From positions 40,203 through 92,312 of the forward strand of contig JAOZPT010000004.1 of assembly GCA_029932605.1 (NCBI GenBank): a DNA stretch of 52,110 nucleotides. Direction: 5' to 3'. Under the pieces are notes generated by a model. The model ran no database searches. It saw nothing but the letters and a program-made list of their open reading frames with translations, and had not been told where the DNA came from. Each line of letters begins with the position of its first letter. The stretch's first letter is position 1. A program made the translations under genes and the position numbers. Positions 11,101 to 19,427 of the stretch are shown here, piece by piece. Source of the DNA: Candidatus Zixiibacteriota bacterium (GTDB taxonomy: Bacteria; Zixibacteria; MSB-5A5; UBA10806; 4484-95).

Positions 11101-11151
11101 TATTATCATCACCCTTATGATGGGCTTAATTTTTATAAAAATCACCGCCAA
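5152..11151 (-). CDS. sprA: Cell-surface protein SprA (T9SS translocon-like giant outer-membrane protein)
   Basis: 1999 aa. Motifs KLRYKGEEDEILQTIEAGNTNLSLP..GLFGIK, GVDYTIDY.LG, AYIDDFEG, GEVWCDELR. C-terminal Phe. Confidence 0.85.
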   Translation of the reverse strand: MAVIFIKIKPIIRVMIITTAILASPEIALPAVGYLDVVFSIKDRFVPPRDLPDSSGGISLNKPESHFLKFNKNTYTWSVEITPERDYVHLTLIVGKNSLYNQLVMRFDDYVYWRANKKVFDSWIYDMATFSGTKGQGKRSEGFEIPISIGPLPKSVRSIIGEGGPRITVTGYRRISFSGRSEWEDNLVNTGTFKQSKFPSLHMEQTSRFKIRGDIGSKIHIEVDQDSNRDTELANTLKLRYKGEEDEILQTIEAGNTNLSLPNSQFIGYSENVQGLFGIKATAKIGNMELTMITSQEKGSSEKSTFKAGAQDSANKILDYQYLHNVYFWLAKPYENYDPQLDSLLNVVLYRRGTDLDKDIDGIACVDPHWGPEPWQTGQQDTLYYITNIDSARGEYYDGPLKRIPETEYDIIRSGWFVILNLNQRLQDSDILAAYIEYAHKDTISDTTYVFKEGNLSYVDTTTTPPDTIVILKLIKTSEPTDTALATWDLEWRNVYDLNSRNLDPAGFDLQIYKGHGDLLTDTLDQDGVCYITLLGLDRYDNTNPSDTSSDCLFDFNNYNLDVARGHLIFPESEPFADTALNSPNTDIYTHRYGHSDVIQGQKYYIYVKTMQRGNSFSLRRINIIENSEVVRMGDGRILQKGVDYTIDYQLGMITFLSEQALDPAANITVDFEYAPFFQPEKKSLYGLSAKYAINENSWVSLAGMYRKETTREYRPRVGREPRRTMIWDSNFLFRFNPNLLTDVVDALPLVESDALSTVEISGEVAQSFPNPNLHKNAYIDDFEGTRQYTDLFTRRGIWTIASPPDGSPGDSARGDLIWYNPYYPYAITDIWPNKRESIREQDNKTDVLILEYSPLEDTNYVDEPTESWSGIMRPMFAGSIDHSRTKFIELWYYFEHEDPAGNPTLHIDVGRISEDIDSDLELDTEDSNRNGVFEQDEDTGLDGMSDEEERVYYNTDDEDPSGDNWDYSQNEPNNYTRINGTEGNRNDPDRLNRFDTEDINNNNYLDIINSYFRYSADLENQDYVVEETQTGWKLMRIPFQDSSVYTTPAIPPEDFSQMKFVRLWLDGASQPCTLKIASIQLVGNKWQAMPITYPDTNTTVVTDFEVTVKNTTENISYDSPPGVAGEVIRETGMREKEQSLVLRYNNLLPGQRVAAYWYLYQSEDYTLYNKMKMYVHGDSSAQSGNLIFFFRVGQDTVNNFYEYRTRLEDGWSEQNYIEVDFAKMTALKSYLHANHPDDFTTADTTDENDPRYRVKGNPSLAKVQWYVMGVENDSLAEDTLSGEVWCDELRVTDVRRESDFAGRISANIRMADLVDITLNYSRVGADYFKLSSKKPDGTLSTRKAFTANFKLHKFFPPGWGLSWPFTFSWQKNLQLPRLKPGSDIILPTGMREKEKTENKYWSILSSEQFNRNTNNWLWNLTLNRIRTRFSYSKKYDTSPAVPISNTTSYDIFSAYNLTPRIKPFLKPLFWLKFIFLPASIHDVKMYFLPSNLSFDATVNSRKTFSVNQRGIKTSSYIRDLIMKQTLKIDLFTALKTDFSATTNRDIKDPNTLYFSPDPRKIKLGRERKFNQSFSISFSPKLNRQLMPRLQFNSTYNDDSDLTRNPDSTRSTQMRATLRGDVTIDMIQALGLTKSRFDKHRKGREETPKNPPEKQGKEGEKNNEEGEEIGEGEEFTEKGGGIPSPLVAFKGILHLLRSVKPIKASFTSDKNITRSGLYDRPGWLYTLGFADKTNVRQKESVGVGTRDQSIFTRDYSLSSGLSLIRNLDINSSYKFRQSITHSTNNPIKSKSVEFPHLDVSFSGIEKFPFIKLFSRTASIQTNFSRKVDVSSNATTGELHDRNTLQTFSPFLGLNLGLKNGVKATIRYDYSKKKTESLREQGDNGRVSHNQDKTFKLSLSYSLTAPQGLNIPLFGKVKFESQLTMSLDINKNFRKSWYFQSGSKTVDRNTVETGIEPRLSYRFSAKITGGLQARWYDSNDKVQQRKRHVRELGIWTELRF

Positions 11152-11208
11152 TTACTCTCCAGAGTAATTTCTCTAATCCTTAGCTATTTCCCTAATAACC
11201 TCCTTTTT

Positions 11209-12135
11209 CTAAGGTTCAATCACCAATAATTCATACTCAAGGTCAACACCATATTTTTCCAAGACCTTATCATGCATTATCCTTGCCAGTTTTTTTACAT
11301 CAGCCGCTGTTGCACTACCGGTGTTAACGATTATATTGCAATGCTTTTTAAAAACCTCCGCTCCGCCTATTCTTAACCCTTTTAGCCCTGCATTTTCGAG
11401 AAGTTTGCCAGCCGATAACAGTTTTGGCTTTTTTACGTTTTTAAATACCGAACCAGCAGACCCCTCTGTTAAGGGATGTTTGGCTTTACGTAACTCAAGA
11501 TAGCTTTTTATCTTATCGGCTATCCTACTCCTTTCGCCAGCTTCAAGTTTGAAACTTGCCGAAAGGATGAGCTCGGGTTTATCCTTAAGCCTTGAGTAAC
11601 GATAACCAAATTCGAAGTACCCGTTCTTTACGATCTTGACTCTGCCATCGATCCCGTAAATAACTGCCGACTCTAAAACATCAGCAATGCTTTTCCCGAA
11701 GGCTCCTGCATTACCGTAAATTGCACCTCCAACGGTACCTGGTATGCCGGCAGCGAATTCAAACCCCGATAGAGAATCTTTCATGGTGGCATCAACAAGG
11801 TCATTAAGCAGTGCACCGGATTGAGCTGAAACAACATCACCACTGACAACATACTCACGGCACTCATCCTTTATAACCAGACCGTTATAACCTTCGTCTG
11901 AAAATAGAATATTAGAGCCACCGCCCAAGACAAAAAAGTTTAGTTTGTTGGTAATAGCCAGATAAAATGCAGTCGCTAACCGACCAGGATCACCAGCTCT
12001 GAAAAAATACTTGGCCGGCCCACCTATACCAAAGCTCGTGAAAGGTGCTAGCGTAACCGATCTGGCAACACCACCACCCAGATTTGCTTGTAAAAGAGCA
12101 AATTCATCCACCCCTTTATTTAAGATAAAACACAC
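11209..12135 (-). CDS. murB: UDP-N-acetylenolpyruvoylglucosamine reductase
   Basis: TSFGIGGPA, LGGGSNILF, GIPGTVGGA..NAGA, SAGSVFKN, HCNIIVN. Start may be GTG at 12111. Confidence 0.95.
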   Translation of the reverse strand: MCFILNKGVDEFALLQANLGGGVARSVTLAPFTSFGIGGPAKYFFRAGDPGRLATAFYLAITNKLNFFVLGGGSNILFSDEGYNGLVIKDECREYVVSGDVVSAQSGALLNDLVDATMKDSLSGFEFAAGIPGTVGGAIYGNAGAFGKSIADVLESAVIYGIDGRVKIVKNGYFEFGYRYSRLKDKPELILSASFKLEAGERSRIADKIKSYLELRKAKHPLTEGSAGSVFKNVKKPKLLSAGKLLENAGLKGLRIGGAEVFKKHCNIIVNTGSATAADVKKLARIMHDKVLEKYGVDLEYELLVIEP

Positions 12136-12228
12136 CCTCCAAAAATCAAGTCTTTTTAATATATACTATTACGACAAGGTTATGTTCTAATATAACCTCC
12201 ATATAAACCTTAGCGCACTGAAAAAACG

Positions 12229-12606
12229 TCAGCTCTTGTTGTCATTTTTCTTTTTTTGGTTATCCTCTGATTGACTATCTTTCTGCTGAGTCTTCTTCTT
12301 ATCGTTTTTTTGTTTATCCTTTTCCTCTGATTCAGCCTTTTTTAACTCCTCAACATAATTCATTCGCAGTTCCGTGAGCACCTGGCGAAGGAATTTTTCT
12401 TCGTGTTCTGTTAAATTTCCCTTTGTTTTGTTTTCAAGCATACCGAGGATATCTATTGAACTTTTAGCCATCTCCAGATTGCGCTCGATCTTGCCCGTTA
12501 AAGGACTGACAACTTTTCCCATCTGTTGCCAGGCACTGGCTTGGAAGCTCAATAACAATTGAGCAAACAAAAGTCCGTCTCTATCTTTTAGCTTATCTTC
12601 CGCCAT
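12229..12606 (-). CDS. DUF1844-family protein
   Basis: MGK..P.TG..ERNL..AK.SID.L.ML..KTKGNL pattern. Confidence 0.75.
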   Translation of the reverse strand: MAEDKLKDRDGLLFAQLLLSFQASAWQQMGKVVSPLTGKIERNLEMAKSSIDILGMLENKTKGNLTEHEEKFLRQVLTELRMNYVEELKKAESEEKDKQKNDKKKTQQKDSQSEDNQKKKNDNKS

Positions 12607-12609
12607 ATC

Positions 12610-12816
12610 TCACTCCGTGTTGTTACTGATAATTTTTATAGCCAGGGATAATTTATGCCTTATATCCATAACATCGGCTTCAAGTTGCTTGAACAACCTT
12701 TGAAGATCCAGATCCTGCGTCCCACGAACAAGGGCATTAAATATATCTGCCATTTCTGAGGCCAAAGTTACTGCTCGCTTTATGTCCTTTTCCAATTTTC
12801 CCTCCTGTTCAGGCAA
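12610..12816 (-). CDS. Hypothetical small helical protein
   Basis: 68-aa ORF overlapping the recG stop and abutting the next gene, consistent with operon spacing. Confidence 0.6.
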   Translation of the reverse strand: MPEQEGKLEKDIKRAVTLASEMADIFNALVRGTQDLDLQRLFKQLEADVMDIRHKLSLAIKIISNNTE

Positions 12817-14932
12817 TTTTGGAATATTTTATTTTTTTCGAGAATTTTTTTAATAATACTTCACGCAACAATCTGTTGTCAGGCTTCATCAGCATAGCAT
12901 CGTCTGAAATTATCTCAAAAGCGCTCTGTCTGGCAAGTGATAACATCTTTGAATCTGTAAGTTTGGCAACCTTAAGCTCAGGTAAACCGTGCTGGCGAGT
13001 TCCCATGATCTCACCTGGTCCACGGATGTTTAAATCAGCTTCAGCGATCTTAAAACCGTCGTTAGTAGAACATAAAATTTTTATCCTTGCCTCAGCCTCT
13101 CTTGAAAGTTTTTTATCGCTTAATAGAAAACAATATGCCTGACGTCCTCCCCGCCCGACACGTCCGCGAAGCTGATGAAGTTGTGATAAACCAAATCGTT
13201 CGGCATGTTCAATAACCATAATACTGGCATTGGTGACATCAAGCCCAACCTCAATGACAGTGGTGGAAACAACGATATCTATTTTACCATCCCTGAAATC
13301 TTCCATAACACGATTTTTATCAACCCCCTTCATTCGCCCGTGCAAAAGCGCCAGCCTCAAATTAGGGAATGTCTCCCGGTGTAAGCGTTCATAACTTTCC
13401 TTTGCTGCCTTAAGGTCCATTTTTTCGGATTCCTCTACCAGAGGATATACAATATAAGCCTGGGCTCCCGACTTCACCTGCTCTGAAATAAAACTATACA
13501 TCTTATCCCGTTTTTCAAAAGGCACAAACTTAGTCTTGACCCGACTGCGTCCAGGAGGCATCTGGTTGATTACAGAAATATCAAGGTCACCATAAAATGT
13601 CATCGCTAATGTCCGTGGAATCGGTGTAGCGGTCATGACCAGGATATCTATATACAAACCCTTACTTTTTAGTTTTCCTCTCTGGGCTACACCGAAACGA
13701 TGTTGCTCATCTATAATGGCAAAACCGAGTTTGTTAAACTTTATTTTCTCCTGAATAAGCGTATGTGTGCCAACGATAATGTCAACCTTGCCCAAGGCGA
13801 TCTTTTTCAAGATCGATTCTCTTTTCCTGCCGGTCACCGAACCAGTGAATACCATCAACTTTACATCAAGCCCTTTAAGCATCTTAGATAAAATATAACC
13901 ATGTTGTTCCGCCAACACCTCGGTTGGCACCATTAAAGCCGCCTGGTATCCAGCCTCCACTGCACCCAACATCGCTAACAACGCAACGACGGTCTTACCA
14001 CAACCAACATCACCCTGCAAAAGACGGTTTGTGGGATGAGGCTTCTCCATATCCTTATATATTTCTCTTAGTACTCTTTTTTGCGCCTTTGTAAGCTCAA
14101 ACTTGAGGTTGTTCAGAAGCTTCCTTCCAAGAGTTTTTGGCGGGGGGAAAGATATCCCCGGTTCTTGAGTAGCTCTTTTGCGATGCCTGACTGCCAGAAG
14201 CAGCTCAAGATAAAACAGTTCCTCGAATGCTAAACGATTAATCCCCCGCTGAGCTTCCTCCAGAGAGTCTGGAAAGTGAGCCTGGCTAATCGCTTCGTTG
14301 AGTTTCAAAAGTCCATGTTTATGCCTTACGTTATCAGGTAATGTTTCACAATTGATATGTTCTAAGTAGGTTAAAGCTGGCTTGATGATCTTGCGTAAAC
14401 CTCGCGAATGAAGTTTTACCATCTTCAAAGATGAAGTTTCCGGATAAATTGGAATAATCCGTCGTGTGTGTATCGTCTGGTCATCGTAACCGGAGATAAC
14501 CTCAAACTCAGGATGCGTCATCTGATAACCGTTATAAAAACCAACCTTGCCGGTGACCGATAAAATATCGTTCCCAGCAAACATATTCTCCAGATATCTG
14601 TAACCGGAAAACCAGACAAGCTCCAGATGGCCGGTATCATCCTGAATATAAACAACAAACCGACGAGTCCTTCCCCGCACAACACCAAAGGAAACTACCT
14701 TCCCGATAACGGTAGCTGTTTCACCTGTTTTAAGTTGATTAATTGAGGTGACCTCACTGCGATCCAAGTATTTTCGGGGGATATAAAAAAAAAGATCGAA
14801 GACAGTATTTATTTTATTATTTTTTAATACCTTAGCCTTGGCCGGACCGATCCCTTTAAGATAACGGACTTCGGAGAACAAAAATTTAAGAGCCTTTTTA
14901 TAAGATTCAGCCGTGGCAAAATCTTGATTCAT
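12809..14932 (-). CDS. recG: ATP-dependent DNA helicase RecG
   Basis: RLLQGDVGCGKT, DEQHRFG, MTATPIPRTL, QLHQLRGRVGRG. ATG at 14932 preferred over the ORF-track start. Confidence 0.97.
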   Translation of the reverse strand: MNQDFATAESYKKALKFLFSEVRYLKGIGPAKAKVLKNNKINTVFDLFFYIPRKYLDRSEVTSINQLKTGETATVIGKVVSFGVVRGRTRRFVVYIQDDTGHLELVWFSGYRYLENMFAGNDILSVTGKVGFYNGYQMTHPEFEVISGYDDQTIHTRRIIPIYPETSSLKMVKLHSRGLRKIIKPALTYLEHINCETLPDNVRHKHGLLKLNEAISQAHFPDSLEEAQRGINRLAFEELFYLELLLAVRHRKRATQEPGISFPPPKTLGRKLLNNLKFELTKAQKRVLREIYKDMEKPHPTNRLLQGDVGCGKTVVALLAMLGAVEAGYQAALMVPTEVLAEQHGYILSKMLKGLDVKLMVFTGSVTGRKRESILKKIALGKVDIIVGTHTLIQEKIKFNKLGFAIIDEQHRFGVAQRGKLKSKGLYIDILVMTATPIPRTLAMTFYGDLDISVINQMPPGRSRVKTKFVPFEKRDKMYSFISEQVKSGAQAYIVYPLVEESEKMDLKAAKESYERLHRETFPNLRLALLHGRMKGVDKNRVMEDFRDGKIDIVVSTTVIEVGLDVTNASIMVIEHAERFGLSQLHQLRGRVGRGGRQAYCFLLSDKKLSREAEARIKILCSTNDGFKIAEADLNIRGPGEIMGTRQHGLPELKVAKLTDSKMLSLARQSAFEIISDDAMLMKPDNRLLREVLLKKFSKKIKYSKIA

Positions 14933-14941
14933 GTTTGAAAT

Positions 14942-14968
14942 ATTATAGCTAATTATAAACACTGTCAA
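14942..14968 (-). promoter_or_regulatory. Sigma70-like promoter for recG
   Basis: TTGACA-N15-TATAAT on the minus strand, 9 nt before the ATG. The spacer is shorter than optimal. Confidence 0.5.
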
Positions 14969-15079
14969 GGCCAAACACAATTCTTTGAACTTAGTAATTT
15001 CCTTATAAAAATCTCTTGCAGATTAAAAATTAATGTTTATATTAAATTTTAACTGCCGAACAGGTAGTAGGAGGAAAAA

Positions 15080-15265
15080 ATGGCCCAGGTATGTGAAATA
15101 TGCGGGAAAAAACCGGGAATCGGACACAAGGTTAGTCATGCTCATAATCTTTCTCTTCGATGGTGGAAACCAAACCTTCAGACAGTACGTGCACGAATAA
15201 ATGGCAAGCCGAAACGGATCAAAGTTTGCGCTAAGTGTTTAAAGTCGGGCAAGGTCTTAAAGTAA
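15080..15265 (+). CDS. rpmB: 50S ribosomal protein L28 (zinc-ribbon type)
   Basis: CEICGK..G..VSHA...R.WKPNLQ...VCAKCLKSG, with a GGAGG RBS. Confidence 0.97.
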   Translation: MAQVCEICGKKPGIGHKVSHAHNLSLRWWKPNLQTVRARINGKPKRIKVCAKCLKSGKVLK

Positions 15266-15537
15266 TCCCCCCAAAAAATCAGCACAGCATAGTAATCAGT
15301 ATCTTATATCTATAATAACACGCCCTCTTCACTCTCAGCATAATCCATATCCAATCCCGATTCAACTTTGTAATTCCGTTTTCTTCCGCATTTTTTCATC
15401 ACAACGTTTCGCCTTGATGTGAATTAAGAAAATCCGTTACTTATGCGTACTATGGTACTTACAATTTGCCATAATTTATAGTTGTTTATCTTTAAAAATG
15501 ATAATAAAATAAAGATCTGATTGGAGAGGTGGTATTT

Positions 15538-16032
15538 ATGAAACTTTACCTTATGCGACATGGTAAGGCCAATCCGGAAAATATCGATCCGGGGAAAAGC
15601 CTTTCAGATGTCGGCGAAAAAGATGTTACCAGACTGGCAGAATCTATAGGCTATCTTGATATCAGGGTTGAGCAGATATGGCATAGTGAAAAAAAACGAG
15701 CAAAGCAGACTGCCGAAATCATCTCTGCAGCGGTAAAACCACAAAAGGGCCTTGTTGAAAAATCCGGTCTTTTGCCAAATGACCAGGTCACCCGAGTGGC
15801 TAAGGAAATTATCGCCATCAATGCCGATTTAATGCTGGTAGGGCATCTTCCTTTTATGTCAAAACTTGCCTCATACTTACTATCAGGAGACGAAGATACG
15901 TGTGCGATCGATTTCTCTGCCGGTGCGGTTGCCTGCTTTGAATACGATAAGGGTCGATGGACATTATGCTGGCTTGTATATCCCGGGTTATTCAAGCAAA
16001 AGGATAAACATGGCTTTTATTCATATCATTGA
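15538..16032 (+). CDS. sixA: Phosphohistidine phosphatase SixA
   Basis: LYLMRHG, S..KRA.QTA, LMLVGHLP motifs. Confidence 0.9.
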   Translation: MKLYLMRHGKANPENIDPGKSLSDVGEKDVTRLAESIGYLDIRVEQIWHSEKKRAKQTAEIISAAVKPQKGLVEKSGLLPNDQVTRVAKEIIAINADLMLVGHLPFMSKLASYLLSGDEDTCAIDFSAGAVACFEYDKGRWTLCWLVYPGLFKQKDKHGFYSYH

Positions 16033-16591
16033 ACCGGAAGAGGCCGAAGGGGGCTTAAAAAAAGAATACGAGGCCGCCATAAAACGAACCGGCAAAGTAT
16101 TTAACATAATCAAGATACAAAGCCAGAATCCAAAGACGCTTCATTGCTCAACTGGACTTTATATGGTGGTCATGCATAGCCAAAGTCCTCTTTCAAGAGC
16201 TCAACGGGAAATGTTGGCAACTGTCGTATCAAAATCAAACAACTGCCATTACTGAATACAAGCACATAGTGAGGACCTCCGGGCTGAGGTCAATAATGAT
16301 ACCCTGGTGGAGGATATAAAAACCGACTGGAGGCAGGCAAAACTGGAAGTACATGACAGTCTTCTTTGTGAATTTGCCGAAAAATTGACTTTAAGACTCT
16401 CCACGATAAATAACAACGATATAACCAGGCTCAAGCAGGCCGGCTTTTCCGATAGGGCAATTAATGATGCCGTTCAGGTGATAGCTTACTTTAACTATAT
16501 CACCAGGATCACTGATGGCCTGTGTGTTGATACACAACCGGATTCACAGAATATTTTTAATACACTTGCTCTGATGAATTGCCTGCATTAA
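16010..16591 (+). CDS. AhpD/CMD peroxidase-related protein, predicted selenoprotein (CHY-U)
   Basis: Two same-frame ORFs joined across TGA 16253-16255: LSRAQREMLATVVSKSNNCHY*IQAH...AYFNYITR, 193 aa. Hairpin GACCTC-CGGGCT-GAGGTC at 16274-16291. Confidence 0.85.
16274..16291 (+). promoter_or_regulatory. Candidate bacterial SECIS hairpin of the AhpD-like gene
   Basis: 6-bp perfect stem with a G-rich loop, starting 19 nt after the UGA. Confidence 0.6.
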
Positions 16592-16612
16592 TATGAATAA
16601 TAAGGAGGAACG

Positions 16613-17011
16613 ATGCAATTTGAGTTGAAAAAAATTGATCTTTTCAGCGCCATTAAAATCTCATTTATCGTAAATGCTGTGCTGGGTCTTGCCATAGGTT
16701 TATTCGCCGGTGCAATACTTGCATTTTTTATGGGTTTTATCAACCAGATGATGCCTTACGAACAGACATTCCCCCTGACCCCCCAGTTTGGTTTCCTGGG
16801 TGGTTTTTTCTTGAGCTTGTTCTACGCAGTATTTCTTTCCGTGATCAATGGTGTAATCATCACCGGTATAGTAGTATTACTTTATAATTTAATAGCCGGT
16901 TGGGTCGGAGGAATAAAATTGAATATGCTTACCATCTCCACTATTGAGACTAAACAACCTACTGTGGTATCTCAATCGTCAAACGCAGGAGACCAATCTA
17001 AGGATGTCTGA
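16613..17011 (+). CDS. Membrane protein (DUF3566-like)
   Basis: ELKKIDLFSA.KI...LYNLIA.WVGGIK pattern, two TM segments, GGAGG RBS. Confidence 0.6.
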   Translation: MQFELKKIDLFSAIKISFIVNAVLGLAIGLFAGAILAFFMGFINQMMPYEQTFPLTPQFGFLGGFFLSLFYAVFLSVINGVIITGIVVLLYNLIAGWVGGIKLNMLTISTIETKQPTVVSQSSNAGDQSKDV

Positions 17012-18467
17012 TTCCAACCGAGTCTCCGAAGTCCGTGTGCGGATAGCCCCTTCGCCCTCCGGGTTTCTTCATATTGGAACAGCCAGGGCTGCTCTTTTCA
17101 ACTGGCTTTTTGCCCGTCATCACGGCGGAAAGTTCCTTCTGCGTATCGAGGATACCGACATACAGCGTTCGTCCACGGAAATGGTAAAAACCATTATCGA
17201 TAGCTTAAAATGGCTTGGTCTGGAACCCGATGAACCACCTGTTTACCAATCCCAACGCCTTAATATATACAAAAAATATATCGATAAACTTCTCTCATCA
17301 GGTAAGGCTTACCGTTGCTGGTGCGATCCGGAAATGCTAAAACAGAAACAAAAACAAGCAATGGCTGAAAAAAGACAATCCCGCTACGATCGAACATGTT
17401 ATCACCTTTCCGAAAAGGAAAAAGAGAAAAACATAAAATCCGGCAAACCGGCTGCTGTCCGCCTTTATGTCCCCGAGGGAGAAACCGCATTTGACGATCT
17501 CATATCCGGCAATCTAAGACGCAACCATAAAGAAATCGATGATTTTATCATCGCTCGATCGGATGGCAGACCAGTATATAATATGGCGGTAGTTGTTGAT
17601 GACTATGAGATGGGTATCACCCATGTCATTCGCGGCAACGACCATATATTCAACACCTTCAATCAGATTCTACTTTACGACAATCTCGGTCTGGCCAAAC
17701 CGCAATTTGCCCATTTGCCGTTGATTCTGGGAACCGATAGGTCGAAAATATCCAAGCGAGACGGTGCGGTTGCCGTCACCGATTACGCCAAAATGGGATA
17801 TTTAAAAGAGGCGGTTGTAAACTTCATAGCTCTATTGGGCTGGTCACCCGGTGATGATAGAGAGATTATGACCATCGAGGAACTCATCGAATCTTTTAAT
17901 CTTGATAGAGTTCATCCCACAAACGCCATTTTTGATATAAATAAACTTAACTGGATGAATGGCGAATACATACGCAAAACCGAGAATTATGTTTTAATTG
18001 ACCTTTTAAGACCATTTTTAGTTGAATCGGGACTGGTAACTCAACTATTCATCAACACTCGCTGGGACTACATGATGAAATTTGTTGGGCTTTTAAAGGG
18101 GCGCTGTCGGCTTTTAACCGATTTTATATCCCAGGGATTTTATTTCTTCACCGATGAATTCGACTACGATGAGAAAGGCGTTAAAAAACATTTTGTTTCC
18201 ATTGAGGTGGCCGAAAATCTGGAGAAGTGGCTTTGCGTATTAAAAAACATTGAGTCGTTTAATGTTGAATCCTTGGAAAACGCTTTAAGGAAATTGGCCG
18301 AAAAATTGGAAATAAAAGCTTCTCTTTTAATTCATCCTACACGTTTAGCTCTTACCGGCACGACGAAAGGCCCCTCGCTTTTCGAGGTTATGGAACTTTT
18401 AGGTAAAGAAAAATGCTTGTTAAGAATAGAAAAAGCCATAGAGTATATCCGAACAAAGTATAAATGA
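17004..18467 (+). CDS. gltX: Glutamate--tRNA ligase
   Basis: RIAPSPSGFLHIG, LRIEDTD, THVIRGNDH, KISKR. Confidence 0.97.
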   Translation: MSDSNRVSEVRVRIAPSPSGFLHIGTARAALFNWLFARHHGGKFLLRIEDTDIQRSSTEMVKTIIDSLKWLGLEPDEPPVYQSQRLNIYKKYIDKLLSSGKAYRCWCDPEMLKQKQKQAMAEKRQSRYDRTCYHLSEKEKEKNIKSGKPAAVRLYVPEGETAFDDLISGNLRRNHKEIDDFIIARSDGRPVYNMAVVVDDYEMGITHVIRGNDHIFNTFNQILLYDNLGLAKPQFAHLPLILGTDRSKISKRDGAVAVTDYAKMGYLKEAVVNFIALLGWSPGDDREIMTIEELIESFNLDRVHPTNAIFDINKLNWMNGEYIRKTENYVLIDLLRPFLVESGLVTQLFINTRWDYMMKFVGLLKGRCRLLTDFISQGFYFFTDEFDYDEKGVKKHFVSIEVAENLEKWLCVLKNIESFNVESLENALRKLAEKLEIKASLLIHPTRLALTGTTKGPSLFEVMELLGKEKCLLRIEKAIEYIRTKYK

Positions 18468-18626
18468 TATACTTTTCAATGATGGCAATAAAACTATGAA
18501 AAACTCAAACAAATTCCTTGACTTTGTTAAAAATATTTTTATATATAAAACGAGTGTCTTTTGAAGGCTAGCTGCAGCATATATCCCCCCTTAGAGTTGC
18601 ACTACCTATCAAAAGACATTCTATTA

Positions 18627-18697
18627 TGGGGTATCGTCCAATGGCAGGACAGCAGACTCTGGATCTGCTTATCGGGGTTCGAATCCCTGTACCCCAG
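18627..18697 (+). tRNA. tRNA-Gln (anticodon CTG), CCA not encoded
   Basis: TGGGGTA/TACCCCA acceptor stem, GCAGA-CTCTGGA-TCTGC anticodon arm, GGTTCGAATCC T-arm. Confidence 0.95.
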
Positions 18698-18736
18698 CTT
18701 TTATTTTTTTGGCCTTAAGTCTAATCAATACAATAA

Positions 18737-18967
18737 CATCGCATAAAACAGATTCAGGAATATTTCGCCCGGCAGGGAATCAAGTATTTGGAAGAAGTAA
18801 CCCCTGGAGAAGTCCAACTTTTACAATCTTTTATCCTTAACGACCATAATGCGCGTTCCTACAACAATTTTTTGTCTTTACTGAAATCAATGTTCAATAA
18901 AGCAGTTGAATGGGATGTTATTAAGCAGAATCCGATCAAATAGTGCAAATCTTTGAAAGTGCCAAAA
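18737..18967 (+). pseudogene. Tyrosine recombinase/phage integrase core-binding (SAM-like) domain relic
   Basis: Translates as ...YLEEVTPGEVQ...ARSYNNFLSLLKSMFNKAVEWDVIKQNPIK*CKSLKVPK. No start codon, internal TAG at 18941. Confidence 0.7.
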
Positions 18968-19171
18968 AGGGCAGTTTCTTATGCACCCTCTGGAGGAGAA
19001 AACAATGCTTGAATTCCATTCCGGAACTAAGGAATAATCTGGCAGGATATTTTCAGCCTTACCATACAAGCCCTTATGGATTCTGATTCTATTTTTAAAA
19101 GTTTCCTTCAGATGCCTTTCACATAAGGTAGCATATATCCCACCGACTATGATTTCGGATTTCTTATATTT
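18965..19171 (-). pseudogene. Internal fragment of a (cobalamin-dependent-type) radical SAM gene
   Basis: [10 protein letters not shown]...PDYSLV...FSSRGCIRNCPF, broken where the third Cys of CxxxCxxC should be. Confidence 0.7.
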
Positions 19172-19377
19172 TTAGATATAGCTCGCTGAATAGCGACCAC
19201 AGCCATATCGGAGGTAGTTAAATTATCATCGGCTATTCGTCGCTCCTTGATTCCGGTGTGGCTGATTATCCATTCATCAGAAGTATCTACAATCTTCTCC
19301 AGATCGGCGTTAGTCATTCGACGAGATGGAGCATATGATCCTGTTCCGATTATTCTGGCCTTTAGCCCTGATCCCAT
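19147..19377 (-). pseudogene. fabH: 5' fragment (about 66 aa) of beta-ketoacyl-ACP synthase III
   Basis: [37 protein letters not shown]...TSDMA, then similarity is lost near 19180. Confidence 0.85.
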
Positions 19378-19427
19378 AAGTTAATCTCCTGAAATCTAAG
19401 TTATTGCTTAAAACTTTCTGCTTCTCA

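Noticed and set aside
18561..18746. 61-aa ORF
   Set aside because: Overlaps tRNA-Gln; spurious.
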